In this document: positions 26,376 through 40,699 of the stretch, piece by piece
Position numbering within the stretch: the first letter of the stretch is position 1
Layout of the letters: each line of letters starts with the position of its first letter
NCBI RefSeq assembly: GCF_001194135.2
Contig: NC_068997.1
Location: 16,294,967 to 16,358,966, forward strand
Length of the DNA stretch: 64,000 bases
Direction of reading: 5' to 3'
Origin: Octopus bimaculoides
Lineage: Eukaryota
Made by a program: the position numbers and the translations under genes
The notes under the pieces: model-generated
Database searches by the model: none
What the model was told of the DNA's origin: nothing
Seen by the model: only the letters and a program-made list of their open reading frames with translations

Positions 26376-27614
26376 GGGTCATGGCCTTGAATAAGTGTCT
26401 GTGTGTGACAGTTTGATTTTCTGAATGAGTTTCTAACCCTTTCTGGTCATGCACTGGAAGGATATTCACTCCGTAATAATCAAACTGCTCTTCCTGTCTC
26501 ATCCACTTATCCGAAAGTTCTCTTTCCAAAGTTTTTCTTTCTATCTGTGTGTGTGTGTAGATATGGAATTAATCTCATTACACATTGATATCTAACCTTT
26601 GTTACTGTCTCTATATGTTACTATGTATGTGTGAGTGCACACTCGCACACATTAAAAGGTGAACAATTGAAAGAAAGAAGCTCTTAACACATTTAGTGTT
26701 GAAGATGTTATTGACGGTGCATTTTTATATTTCATCCATTCTTCTCAGGCCCTCTTTATGTGTGTGTGTGTGTGTGTGTGTAACGCACACACATACAATA
26801 TAAGCATACATACATACAAAGGTTTTAGAATGAATAAACTACTATACACACACACACACACATACACAAACATTCATCCATAAAAGTACATGTTGTATAG
26901 GACCAATATCAGTGTGTGCTTATGTCAGGATCTTCACAAATAGTAGTAGTAGTAATTAATATTTTTGTTGTAGTGTATCTTCTACAAATTCCTAATACTA
27001 ACACACTAACACTAGCTACTAGTTTCTAGTAAATTACCATCTCCTCTGTCTGTCCGCCTATCTCTACCCCTTTCCCTTTGCCTCTCTCTCTCTCTCTTTC
27101 TCCCTGACCCACTGGGGAAGCTTCTACTTAATTAAATCTGTTTATGTCTATGTGTGAAAGGGAGAGATGACTTATGGACCCTTTTACCTTGGCCTAACTT
27201 TGACCCCTTAAACTCCATCAACTAAAATTTCCACACCTGGTTAATGTTTGTTAATTGTAATCTATCTATCTATCAACATTGTGTGTGTGTGTGTGTGTGT
27301 GTATAAATAGATGAGAGATATAAGATGTAGCTTCAGAGCATTGTGTGGCTTTCACAGTAAGCTCCTCTTACAGGACTCAGCTGTCAGTCCACAAAGTAGT
27401 GATACATCAAGTGTGTATGTAACTGAAAATCCAGGAAATTCAAGCCATAAAATTATTCTGTGAGGAGTATATAATGAAGTCAGGACGTGTATGAGGTAAA
27501 TAAAGACTTATTTAACCATATCTGTGGCCATCTTACAATCTTGTCATCAACAGATGACAATAAACATTCGAACAGATAGATGATTGTACATGTGTGAGTG
27601 TGTGTGTGTATTGG

Positions 27615-27700
27615 AGCCTGGGGCAGCTCCCCGGCTTGCAAGCTCTGGTCAAACCATCCAACCCATGCCAATATGGACAACAGACGTTAAATGATGATGT
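27615..27700 (+). mobile_element. 3' tail of a (GAT)n-tailed SINE/LINE-related repeat (family D)
   Basis: CAAACCATCCAACCCATGCCAATATGGACAACAGACGTTAAATGATGATG; related tails at ~11.9 kb (-), ~60.5 kb (+) and the window end (-). Confidence 0.65.
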
Positions 27701-29922
27701 ATGTGTGTGTTAGTGGTCAAGGAAGCCACGCACATACAGAAAAGTTTTCCTTCCACCTTTTCACAAAACCATGATACGAGAGAGTGGTAAGGAGTCATCC
27801 CTGATCTGGGAGATTCCTGTGACACAATCTAGTTGCTAAGCCATCACATGATGCTGCAATATAGGTTTACTTCACTGTGTCCAGTATGATGAGTCCTTGA
27901 TTTTTCTTTTTATGCTCTTTTTTTTTTCTTTCCTACTTAATCCATTCAAAACATTGACCAAGCCCTTATATAGTTTACACTGATGCTTGAAATAGTTAAC
28001 TATGTTCTCCCAATTTGTTCCTTTCGATCAAGTTATTTATTTTTCAATCTCAGTTCACTGATCAGATTTATGTTCAAATATGTTCAATCTTAACAATCAC
28101 ATTTTTTGTTTGTTTGTTTTTTTTTTAATAGATATAGTATATCTAGAACTGCATTATTCAGTAGTTCATTCTTAGTGTGTTTTTATCTGAGGGAGGTTTG
28201 GTTGCTATCTCTAGCAGCTCAAAGCAACCACAGCTTCTTTGTTGTTTTGGACATGTCTTGAGGAAATCTTAGTAGAGGAACCTTATCATTTATCCTCCTG
28301 ATCGTTGAATTACTAATCTGTTTCTAACCCGCAATGTTTCTTTAAGTATATTCTTATCAAGTGATTTTGCAATTTCAAAAACAAAAGTACCTCAATCCAT
28401 AATATCACAGTTTGTGGCCTTAGGAAATTATTTTTATTTTACCTGTTGTTTTGGAACATTTGAAATTGTAGTTTGATTTTTATCAATGTCTCAAAACTAA
28501 TGAGTTAGTAATATAAATTTGACTGTCTGTGTCGTGTCTCTTGTGCATTGGTCAGAAAACCCTTAAAAATATGGATGGGGGAAGGGATCAGCATAATGTT
28601 AAGGGAGCAAGCATGACATAGTTCATGTCCCTAATCCTTGTCATAAACAAGGTTCGTTTCGTTTGAGGTGAAGGCCTACGTATATTTCTGCTTCTTTCTC
28701 ACTTGTTAGTTTAGTTAGCAAGTCCATTGATTCAGTGCTCCTCCTGTGGTGTTCCTGCTACTGTTCTCTCTTATTTGTGTTCAACTTTAATCAGGATTTG
28801 AACAAAACAAAACCTTAAAAAAACCTGATGTAGAGATGGGGGAACAAGAGGGTGGTGGAAAAAAAAGGCCAGTCAGAAATACAACTAAAGGGGAAAGAAA
28901 AATAATAAATAAGCATTTCTTCAAAAACCTTTTTTTTTTCTATTGTGTGTGCCGATGCGTGTGTGTGTGTAGCTAGTTGGTGATGATTCCCTTGTTTATT
29001 GGTAGGTGGTGGCAGTAGTGGGTAGTGGCTACACACATCTGCTCCTGCTAACAAGGGGTGGGTCATTCAGCTTTATTACTCCACCTCACCTGAGATCTAC
29101 AAAACCCACTACTAGTACCACCACCACCACCACCACCACCATCACTAGCACTACTACTACTACTACCATCACCATNNNNNNNNNNNNNNNNNNNNNNNNN
29201 NNNNNNNNNNNNNNNNNNNNNNNNNNNNNNNNNNNNNNNNNNNNNNNNNNNNNNNNNNNNNNNNNNNNNNNNNNNNNNNNNNNNNNNNNNNNNNNNNNNN
29301 NNNNNNNNNNNNNNNNNNNNNNNNNNNNNNNNNNNNNNNNNNNNNNNNNNNNNNNNNNNNNNNNNNNNNNNNNNNNNNNNNNNNNNNNNNNNNNNNNNNN
29401 NNNNNNNNNNNNNNNNNNNNNNNNNNNNNNNNNNNNNNNNNNNNNNNNNNNNNNNNNNNNNNNNNNNNNNNNNNNNNNNNNNNNNNNNNNNNNNNNNNNN
29501 NNNNNNNNNNNNNNNNNNNNNNNNNNNNNNNNNNNNNNNNNNNNNNNNNNNNNNNNNNNNNNNNNNNNNNNNNNNNNNNNNNNNNNNNNNNNNNNNNNNN
29601 NNNNNNNNNNNNNNNNNNNNNNNNNNNNNNNNNNNNNNNNNNNNNNNNNNNNNNNNNNNNNNNNNNNNNNNNNNNNNNNNNNNNNNNNNNNNNNNNNNNN
29701 NNNNNNNNNNNNNNNNNNNNNNNNNNNNNNNNNNNNNNNNNNNNNNNNNNNNNNNNNNNNNNNNNNNNNNNNNNNNNNNNNNNNNNNNNNNNNNNNNNNN
29801 NNNNNNNNNNNNNNNNNNTCTCTCTCTCTCTCTCTCTTTCCATAGCAGTTCTGTTCAGCTCCATATTCTACTCCACAAAGGTGAAAAGAGACTAAAAGAA
29901 GCATTAAAGTAGGGGAGTGATG

Positions 29923-29973
<51 letters not shown>

Positions 29974-30364
29974 GTCATCATTGAGTGGATGGGAGAAAGA
30001 TGTTTATAACTAAGTTGAGAGATTGCTCCCTTTACTTAACTATGAAATTTTCAGGCTCTGTAATGTATACATATGCATAAAGGGTCCCTGGACCACCATT
30101 GTCCCTAAAGGGTTGTAGTGACATCCCTGAATATAACTCTGAAGCTGGTTGGGTCAGAGGAAAGTAGAAATTATTAAAAAAAATAATGTAGATAGGGACT
30201 TACTTAAATGTTACATTTTGCCCAAATTCCATATAGAAAGTGAAATGCTGACTAAAACTGAAAATTTGGCCTACCTCATACATGCATATAAATACGTGTA
30301 TGTGTATACACACATATAGATATTCATATACATAAATACATACACACACACACACACACACACA

Positions 30365-30395
<31 letters not shown>

Positions 30396-30756
30396 NNNNN
30401 NNNNNNNNNNNNNNNNNNNNNNNNNNNNNNNNNNNNNNNNNNNNNNNNNNNNNNNNNNNNNNNNNNNNNNNNNNNNNNNNNNNNNNNNNNNNNNNNNNNN
30501 NNNNNNNNNNNNNNNNNNNNNNNNNNNNNNNNNNNNNNNNNNNNNNNNNNNNNNNNNNNNNNNNNNNNNNNNNNNNNNNNNNNNNNNNNNNNNNNNNNNN
30601 NNNNNNNNNNNNNNNNNNNNNNNNNNNNNNNNNNNNNNNNNNNNNNNNNNNNNNNNNNNNNNNNNNNNNNNNNNNNNNNNNNNNNNNNNNNNNNNNNNNN
30701 NNNNNNNNNNNNNNNNNNNNNNNNNNNNNNNNNNNNNNNNNNNNNNNNNNNNNNNN

Positions 30757-30793
<37 letters not shown>

Positions 30794-31735
30794 CACACAA
30801 ATATTTGTACATTATACATATGCACAAACATATAGACAGACAGATAGATAGGTGTTTAAGATTCTTGAGGGTCACATCAAAATGTATTTGAGAGAAGGGA
30901 TGAGGTAACAGAAGTTGCCATCTTCAAATTATGAGACTGCAAACCTTAATTGATAACGAAGGAATGTGTTAGAGGGAGGGATGTTTCGAACAGGTGAGGA
31001 CAAGTTTGAATGAGGTGAAAAATATTTTAAGATTTTCTACCTGTTTAATTGAAATATTGACGTATTTAAGATTTTTGCCCATCCCTGTCCTAAATTACAG
31101 TTCAGAACTCTATCATCTCACTTTACTATTCATTTATTTGTTACATAGAGACTAAGACATTCAAATGTAAACAAAACACACACACACACACATGCTAGAG
31201 ATGTTCCTAAATTTTTGAGCTTAAGGTAATTAATTAATATAACAGCAGAAATGGATACTTCTATTTTTATTTCATAGTCAGGTTCAAAAAATATCACCCC
31301 ACCCCATAGTCAGAGAAGGCTCATCAAGTTCACTGAAAAATCATTCTTTCTGCATCCCTTTACAAAATATAATTATTATACAACATTCACCTTTAATAAT
31401 GAATTTTTCACAAATTAGCTAATAGTGGATCCTTTATTTAAAAAATTGAGAGACTCATACGTGTGTGTGTAGTTTTCATTCCAAACATGTTGATCTAACT
31501 TTAACTGTAGTGCTGTGCATGTATGTACACATGTGTGTCTAGTTTCCATAGAAACAAATCTAATTCCTATGTTGCTATGTATAATATGGATCAGAAAGAT
31601 TAAAAAATAAATCATTAAAAAACGCCTCATATTTCATTAGATACATACAGGAGCACGTTATGTCTGTGTGTGTACATGTAGTTATATATGTATTATATAT
31701 AACTACATGTACACACACACATATATACATACATA

Positions 31736-31947
31736 CAGGGAGCGGCAGAAGTAAAGCTCTTTTGTATTTGAGTTTTCTAGTTTCTAATTAAACTTCTTTT
31801 TTTTATGTCCTAAAACCTCTGCGATTCTATTATTCGTTTCTTTAAGTAATGCGATGAATTTCTGTTCAATAAAGAATTACTTAATAAACATTTATATACT
31901 ATAAAAGTTATTAAATGCAAAAAGGTCTTTACTTCTGTCGCTCCCCG
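31736..31947. mobile_element. Tc1/mariner-type MITE (~212 bp)
   Basis: Left TA|CAGGGAGCGGCAGAAGTAAAGCTCTTTTG; right end reverse complement CGGGGAGCGACAGAAGTAAAGACCTTTTTG; AT-rich interior; right flank TG rather than TA. Confidence 0.75.
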
Positions 31948-32290
31948 TGTGTATGTGTGTGTTTGTGTGTGTATTGTGGCTCTGTTTTCATTTTGTTTTT
32001 GCTTCCTTCCTCTGTCCTAGTTAGTTTTTAAATTGCTACTTCTCTTAAACTAGTAAAATCTTTATAATAATAATAATAATAAAAGGAAAAAACCTGTAGT
32101 AATCTGAGTTTTTGTATTCACTGGCCATGCTTTGTTACACTGCAGAATCATACTCCCCCATGTTTATAATCCGTCTATCATATTCAGGTATAATCATGAT
32201 CAGATATAAACTTTTTTTCTTTTAGTTTAAAACAATTAATAACCATAATAAAATTTTTCAGAATTTTTTCCAAGATGTAAATCTGAAAAT

Positions 32291-32325
<35 letters not shown>

Positions 32326-35064
32326 AAAGGGATAGTAGTGAGACTTGCTTAAGACTTTCACATGTAAGTAGCAGTGAAGAATAACTGATTTTTGATACAG
32401 ATATTTGTAGGATAATATGAATAGATGTGACCAACATGTATGTGAGCATGTGTGTGTGTGTATTTTAATGATTATGACAAAAATCACACCGCATTGTCTT
32501 AAATAGGAAGAGACATTGGATAATGAAACCCTAGCTACACTGAACAAAGATGAGGTGGTCATCATTTTGTGTGTATGTAGAAAGTCTGCTTGGTTAATAT
32601 TTCAGTACATGAAATATATTGTACACCTATATGCATATAAACATATCACTGGCTGTAGATTTGCATATGAAAACATGCATGCAGGCACACACTTGTCCAC
32701 TCCTAACATTGTAAAGAACATGCTTAATGAGTTTGAATTACTGAATATTTTTAAAATTGTGTTTCTAAATTTTCTATTTTTTTTATCCTATTGAATTCTA
32801 TCATCCTCAAATATGCCTTCTCATGCAGAAATTTCTGAGAATTAAACCCACACCTAACATTATTTAAGTTACATCATTATTATTCTCATTATCATCATCA
32901 TCATCAACATTATGTCTGTATTTATACATGCCCAATCATCATTGTTATTGTTAATATCATGATTAACAACTTCACTCCCATTAAGGTGAGGGAGCTGCAC
33001 CTACTAGAAATTAGCTGACATGTCTACTTCAGTGTCTTAAATAAGAGAAGACATTGAATAATGTAGTCCGAGCTACCCTCAGCAAAGAAGAGATGGTCAC
33101 AGCTTGAAACTTTTGATTAGACAGCTGACTTAAGCTAACAACAACATTTTTTTCCCTCCCAACCAACTGTAATGTTGTACACAAAGTAATATACAGTACA
33201 TAAGAGCACCAGGATTCTATAGTTGTTAATACTGGAGAAGATGGTAGGGAATAACTGAGTTTGTTACTGGTTAGAATTTGCTGATGAAGATGTAATAGGG
33301 AAGGAACTCTTAACACTTTTAGTTGACATTTCTTATTATCAGTCAAGTCTGATAAATGTATTTCTTATATTCAACTATAAACATCGCATGAATCTAAAAT
33401 ATTATAAATACAGTACATATTTACAGACTGCTTTGTGTAAATGATATCCCACACTCACACATTTATAGCTAAGTAAATGATGCTATATTTGAAGTGGTGA
33501 GCTGAAAATAATTTTTAATCAGCTGAAATTATAATTTCTAATGGAAAAAAAAGTCATTAGCGTTACTGAAAATTATTCGTAGAAAAAATAAGGGAGAGAA
33601 CTTCTAAAAGTTCAATTGATTAAAAATTTAAATGTAAATATGCAAGGAAACAGTGAGTCTGACCTTTGGCTACTGTAGTGACAATATTCTTGTGAAATTT
33701 TCCATAATCATTATTTCAGTTTGCCCAGTTAGTGAATATTCTTCACACAAAAAATATTTCTATTTGTTGCTGTGAGATCTTTGTAGTCATTGACTGGATC
33801 ACATTTCAATCAGAAGTTTCAAGTAAAACTGAAACATGTCAGAAGTTGTCACCTTGTGCACTCTAGTTTTTTTTTGCTGATTGAAATTTCAGTTGTCTCC
33901 CTTGTACATTCTGGGAATAATTTTCATTAGCACTAATGACTTTTCTATTCTTAAAGAAAATAATACATGAATATTAGTATGATAACATTAATGTCTATAT
34001 TATCTATTTTTATAATTGCAAACCTAGTATACATTCATTCATTTGTACTGGATTTATTTATGTTTGTGTGTGTGTGTCTGTGTGCATATACACACACACA
34101 AGCTAATACAAAATGATGTGATTACCAAGAGGTATTCATTCGTCCCACTGCTACATTATATTTAACCCTCAGACTTTTTTACTTCATTTATATCAGTCCT
34201 GATAACATAAGTGACAACATTTTAATCACCACCACCACCACCACCACCACCACCAATAAACAACTGCTGTAGAAGCATTGTATGTGAAGGTCTCACACTA
34301 ACACATAATTTATAGTTCATACATGAAGCATTTGTGCCAAGGACATGATGGTGATCCGTGTTTCAGTGGTTTCTGTGTTTACTAAAGAGGAGATGTTTGG
34401 ATGGTGTTTGGTCACTCTTTAACTCTTTCTTTCCTATGCTCTCTCTCTCTTTCTCTCTTGATAAGTCAGGTTTTTCTTGTTGATGTGGGAGTGGTTAGAG
34501 GTGGTGAGATCAGGGAGAAATCACACACACATACATTAACACGCTACATATACACACAATGGAAAGCAATGGTTAAAGAAAATGTCACAAAATAATTTTA
34601 AAACCTCAAAAGAAAAGAAATGGAAATATAATCAGAAGAGACAAAAGACTACGTGTGACAAGCCTGAAGCTTATACCACGTGTAAAACAATACCTAACAA
34701 AAGCAACACACACCGTGTATTTAATAGCTAACGAGCGATGGGACATGGTATGGTGGTGTGGAAAGCAAGGGGTGGTTTGAGATAATACAATACCTGTAGG
34801 AATTGTTATATAATGGTGACTGACTGACTCTTTTAGAGCTTGTGTTTACGAGGAGGATATACTTGTGTATACACCAAATGTGCACAGTTGACCTACACAC
34901 ACACACACACGTCATGCAGGTGTGTGGTGGTGTGTAGATTTCTATCTGCATGCATATACAGACACAAACACACACATACATGCTTGCTATATAATTGGAC
35001 TGAACTGGCATGCAGATGAATGGAAAGGAACTAAACCGTATGCTGCTGCTGCTACTAATACTAA

Positions 35065-35270
35065 CCCTTTCTACTCTAGGCCACAAGGCCTGAGATTTTG
35101 GGGGTGGGGTAAGTCGGTTGCATCGACCCCAGTGCTCGGCTGGTACTTAGTTCATCGACCCCAGAAAGATGAAAGACAATGACTGCCTCAGCAGGATTTG
35201 AACTCAGAACATTGAGATGGATGAAATGCCACTAAGCATTTTCACCAGTGTACTAGAGACTCTGCCAGCT
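35065..35270 (-). mobile_element. Family A SINE, partly CpG-retaining
   Basis: GGCCACAAGGCCTGAG...CATCGACCCCAG...GGATTTGAACTCAGAAC...CTCTGCCAGCT. Confidence 0.8.
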
Positions 35271-36550
35271 AATATTTTTACTACTATCAATAATAATAAT
35301 AATAATAATAATTTCTTATATTTGCCAAAAGAGTACTGAGTGGGGAAATATTACAAGGACAAATAGAAGAAAAAAAAAATAAGAGTAGTTTTTTTTGGTA
35401 ATTTTTTTTTCTTTTATAAAGCTGTGGATACTTTCTTTGAAAAAATGTTATTTATTTTTTTCATTTCATTTATTCATTGAAAAATTAAAAACAAAAAAGA
35501 AAACTTTTAGGTAGCTTGATTTAGTGTATCACACTTGACTGACTCTAAATGGCTTACTACTACTACTACTACCACTACCACCACCACCACCACCACTACT
35601 ACTACTACCACCACCACCACCACTGCTGCTGCACAACACATAGTCTCAAAATCAAACTGCTACTACCACCTTCACACCCATTACTGTCACTACCGTTTTT
35701 AACAGTAGAGTCATTTACCTGCTCTGGCATTACTGCTACTGCTACTGCCTTGTTGTATACTAGGAGCACTGCTAAAGCTACTAGGACTGCGTGTCGGCAA
35801 CTCCGCCACCACAGCCAAACAGCTATCACTTGTCCATCTCCGCACCCCCCATACTGCCTTTACTGCTTACTATAATCACCCTCACCCTCACCCTGTTCCG
35901 GTTGTTACTGCAACCATCATCAGCACCGCTATCTGCTCCTTGTGCATTAAAGCACATTTACCTTCGGTTGCATCTGTTTATGTCGGCAGAGCTTATTTTT
36001 TTTTCAATGTTTTTGGTTTTCCTTTATTTTATTTATTTCTCCTACCCTCAGTCTATTTATCTATTCTGATTTCCCCACTGTACCCATCTCTGTCTGTCTG
36101 TCCCTCTCTCTCTCTCTCTCTCAAGCCACCTATTTTACTTCAAATCTCACTACTGTCATTAGTTTCATAACGTGTGTATGTGTATACATTGGTATTTAGA
36201 ATGTGTGTGTGTACACACACACACACACATACATACATAACCACTCTACCTTCTACTCCCCGGTTCACTCCTCCCTTTTCTATTTTTACCATCACCACTA
36301 CCTTTCCCCCACTATCCCTTCCTCCATCATATATATATATATATGTATATATGCACATCAAATATACAAATGCTGTACCTAATGACCAATAACAAATCTG
36401 GTTGTCAAAACTTAGGGCTTCAGTTTAAATTTCAATGTCAAAGAATAAATTCTTTTTTTTTTCTGTTTTTTTTTTTTTAATGTATAACTGCATCATTGGT
36501 TGGTGTTGCTGATGTTATGCTGTGCATGGCGTACTGGAGGCGCGTTAAAG

Positions 36551-36632
36551 GTGAGCTTTGCACAAGGCAAGTCAGTCATTGATCTCTGGCTGGAGAGTGA
36601 TAGCGTGTTTCTAATTCCATTTCTTCTTATAG
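36551..36632 (+). other. Candidate canonical 82-nt intron
   Basis: Donor AAG|GTGAGC, branch-like TTCTAAT (36609-36615), polypyrimidine TTCCATTTCTTCTTAT, acceptor AG|. Confidence 0.4.
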
Positions 36633-36708
36633 AAATGGATGAACAACACACTACCTCAGAAGCTTTCTAGCAAATCTTGGGTTCTTCATTTCTTCTTCTT
36701 CTTCTTCT

Positions 36709-36752
36709 TCTTCTTCTTCTTCTTCTTCTTCTTCTTCTTCTTCTTCTTCTTC
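36709..36752. repeat. (TTC)n microsatellite
   Basis: Direct inspection. Confidence 0.95.
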
Positions 36753-36874
36753 ACCACCACCACCTTCACCCACTCGCTTCCCATTGGGCACAAGGTTTGT
36801 CAAGTCTTATAATTAATACCAAGGAGCACTGCAAGATTTTCGAATTGGCTACTATTTATANNNNNNNNNNNNNN

Positions 36875-36905
<31 letters not shown>

Positions 36906-38778
36906 TAAGTCATGGGGAGGATGTTTGAACTAAGGGACTGTATAGCAGGCTCTTAGCAAAAAAGTTTATAGCAAAAAAAAAAAAAAACATCCAGCCATGC
37001 AACACACTCCAAATCAAGCCATTTTAACTCTCCTGAGATCAGAAGGACCTTGAGGTGAGATATGTTGTGGATGGGAGGGTGAGGAAGTGTGGAGGTAGTT
37101 TGCAGTTGAGGGTGTGGGTGGATAGAGACTTTAGATAAGAAACAGCTTTTCTTAACAATTACAACCGTCTTAGGTCATGTTGTGAGATAAGTGTGTGTGT
37201 GGTGTTGTAAAGTAAGCTGTGTGTGTGTAATGAAGAGTTGTGGAGGTGTGCTGTTGATATTAGTAAATCAGGGTGTTGTCGATGGGGCTGGTATTGGTGA
37301 TTAAAGTGGAGGTCCTAGTAAAGATAGTTTCATAATTGATAGATAGCTGTATCTGTGTGTGTGTGTGTGTGTATGCAATGTAGTAGAAGCAGCAGTGCAA
37401 TTGTAATCATATCCAATATTGGTGTGTGTGTGTGTGTAAGAGAAAGATAAAGCCGAGGTGAATGAGGTAGGTAAGGTTATAAGTAGTTAGGTTATAAGTG
37501 AAGGGAGGTGGTGGTGGTGGTGGTGATGCTATGATGGGTGGGCATGAACATGGAAGGTGTAGGGGTTCCTAAGTAATCACAGATAATGCTGTCAACAAGC
37601 AAGAGTGTTGCTATAGCTATGTCATAATAATAGATTTATTTGGGGATGTGTGTTGAAACAAAAGTTTTGGGTCATATTGTGATTGTTTTTATTTTAGTTT
37701 TACTGTCTACATTTTTTTTTAATGCTTTTGGCTGTATGTTTTCTTTTATTTTTTTGTAGTAGACCATGTGTGTGTCCAATTGTATGTACAGGTACACATA
37801 AATATATACATGTGTGTATGAGAGAGAGCAGGTTTTTTGGTACAAACTGTCGCTTATTTGTCATTGCATAATTTTTGGATATATTGCATAATGTACATGA
37901 TGTTGCTGTTGTAATGACATAGTGGATAATTGAATTGCTAGTGTTTGACAAACTCATGGGTCACCAGTTCAAATCCAATGTAAACCGTTTTGTTGTATCT
38001 CACTCTTTCCTCGGTCATGGCATTTCACCAGGCTGCATCAGTTTGTCTTCCTAGTTGTTAGGAAAAGGTAGCAGAACTTGGAGATTTGTCTCTCATCCAC
38101 TTTGTCAACTTGGAATTAATTTCTGCTGACTCAGTGCAGTCCTGTTTTGGGTTTTGAGCTTTTGGTCAATTCTGATTAAGCAAACCTATATTCAAAGAAA
38201 GCTATCACAGTATGATTACACTGCCTACTCTAGATTGCATCACCCAGTGTATCCTTCTGTTTCTGAGACAGCAGAAAGTAGTTTTAGGGAGGTTTGGTTG
38301 CTATTTCTTGACTGTATATTTTGGGTTAGTGTGTATCTGTTTGCACTAGATCAAATACGTTCTTTTTATATTGCAGGATATATAGGTTTATGTGTCTCTA
38401 CAAAGTACTCTTAAATCGTTATTTCATACTGCACTGCATTCACTTTATCTTTTTCTGTGTTTTTTTAGTCACATCTCTAGCCTGAGGCGTGTTAATTAAT
38501 TAATTCTATATACTTCCATTTACCTTCTTTCCTGTCAGAGATAATAATAGAATCATTATCTGTATGTACTGTGAGTGAGTTTCTTATCCTTGTTTCAGCT
38601 AATCTGTCATTTATTTCAGATCCATATCTTGGCACCAACCATTATAAGTATTTTGTGTGATCTGTTGAAACTAAAAACTAAACTATGAATGAGAAATCAT
38701 TTCTAGGCCACATTGCTGCTGTTGATATTCATTTAACTCATTAGAAAAGAATCTATTTCTCTCTTGGACTCATTTAAT

Positions 38779-39000
38779 CTCTAGACACTACATACTACTA
38801 CTACTACTTCTCTTTATGTCTCCAGACAATTTATATTTTACTCTTTGTCTTTTCCGGTCTCCAGACAAGCAGATTGCTCTCATTGTGTGACTGATTCTCT
38901 CGGCAATCTATATTAGCCTCTTGGTATCATTGGACCTCTAGACAAATGGATTGCTTTCTTTTATTTCATTCAGTCTCTAGATTAGTGTGACCAGGGTCAT
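38779..39000. repeat. Degenerate ~39-bp minisatellite with A/B dimer structure
   Basis: Core TCTC(T/C)AGACA-like motif at 38779, 38819, 38858, 38896, 38935, 38974. Confidence 0.7.
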
Positions 39001-39821
39001 AATGCAATTTACTTATTTCTTTATTGGTCTCATTCAACATCATTCAGTATAGATTTGTAACATTAGCACCAGGCCAATACAATGCCTTTCTGCAGGGATA
39101 GGTAGAAGGATCAGTTGATTAAATCATGTCATGTGACTGATTCTTATCTTATCTTATGCGGATCAGAGACAGAAGACTTTAATCAGGGCAGGATTTTTAA
39201 CTTCATTGTTTAAACAGATGTAACCAAATACCACAAGGAATCTCGTTCTTGTCTAATTGTAATGGAAAATATTAAATGAAATTGATTTTTTCTTTTTTCT
39301 TTTAAAGAAGGAAAAAAATACGTGTAAATAAGAAAAGTATTTTAAATTGTAAGAAAGGCGTTTGGGAGAGAATAAAAGTATGAGCTTGAATATGTGCTTT
39401 GCTGCATTGTTATGCATCTGCATCATAAGCTAGATCATGTTGCAAGCATCATAAGTGCAGCTGCCTTTTGTAATATATGTCCACCCTCTTACTGATGCGC
39501 TTTCTGTTAAGCATTTTTCTGCTTTATGTGCAGTAATGCTGGCACCTGGACGCTTTATTCTGAATTTATAGAATTTATTTATACATACATATATGTGTGT
39601 GTGTGTGTGTGTGTATTTTACATGCACATACATCACACTCTTGCAGATATGGATATGCATTTAGTTGTGATTGTACAAAAGTTACAGAGATACATCCTTT
39701 TAAATTTGTTTAAAGTACAAACTGCTTCTCTATGCAACTGAATATGTTGTTAGTTTCAGAACTGCAGCTATTGTTTAGTTTAAGAAAAAGGTTGGGTGGC
39801 AGACCTAAGTTGCCAAACACA

Positions 39822-39863
<42 letters not shown>

Positions 39864-39963
39864 NNNNNNNNNNNNNNNNNNNNNNNNNNNNNNNNNNNNN
39901 NNNNNNNNNNNNNNNNNNNNNNNNNNNNNNNNNNNNNNNNNNNNNNNNNNNNNNNNNNNNNNN

Positions 39964-40003
<40 letters not shown>

Positions 40004-40699
40004 ATATGTGTGTTGTATGTGTCTGTGTGTATGTCTAATAAAAAAAAAGATAGAAAATAGCCCTCACTCCTGAAGGTTTAGACATAAAAGGACAAATGCA
40101 AATTTACATATAATGAAAGTTGTATATTTAATGAGCCACAAAAGGATAAAGAGAGAAAAAAAAGTGATATTTAGTTATTTAAGTAAAAATATATGTTCAG
40201 CCATTGCTAGCAAGATCTTTGGTATAACAAAAGCTTTTAAAAATCAACAACAATCAGATGAGACATGCATGAAACCAGTGATGGGAATTGTTATGGTTAG
40301 AGCTGTGGTGTAAGTATCGGGTTAAGATTTTCTTATCTGGTGGGTTGGTGAGACAGTGTATGATGATAGTGCTATTGATGTGAAGAGAGGACTGTTTGTT
40401 AGTTGTAGATTTTTGTAATGGGTCTAATTATTTCAATCATTAGTATGAGAAAGATGCGGTCTTGTAATATAGGGTGAGCATCTTCTCTAAACCATTTAAT
40501 GGCTTACACATTGGCAAATTTATCAATAAAAATCACATTGATCTGACCAAAAGAAACCCCTAAGATACGCTATCTGAATAAAAAAAAGGAAAGAATAGTC
40601 ATACCTGGAAGTTGTTTGGTGATAAGATTTGCTTGGTCAAGTGAGTTTCGGAGAAACAACAAAGCAGCAGGCAACAACAATCATTATCAATTTTTGCAG

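Noticed and set aside
35605-35875. Overlapping ORFs on both strands
   Set aside because: Built on CAC/TAC/GCT trinucleotide tracts with no recognisable domain.
38779-39000. CRISPR-like repeat-spacer appearance
   Set aside because: Core only ~10 bp, spacers related to each other, no cas genes, eukaryotic context.
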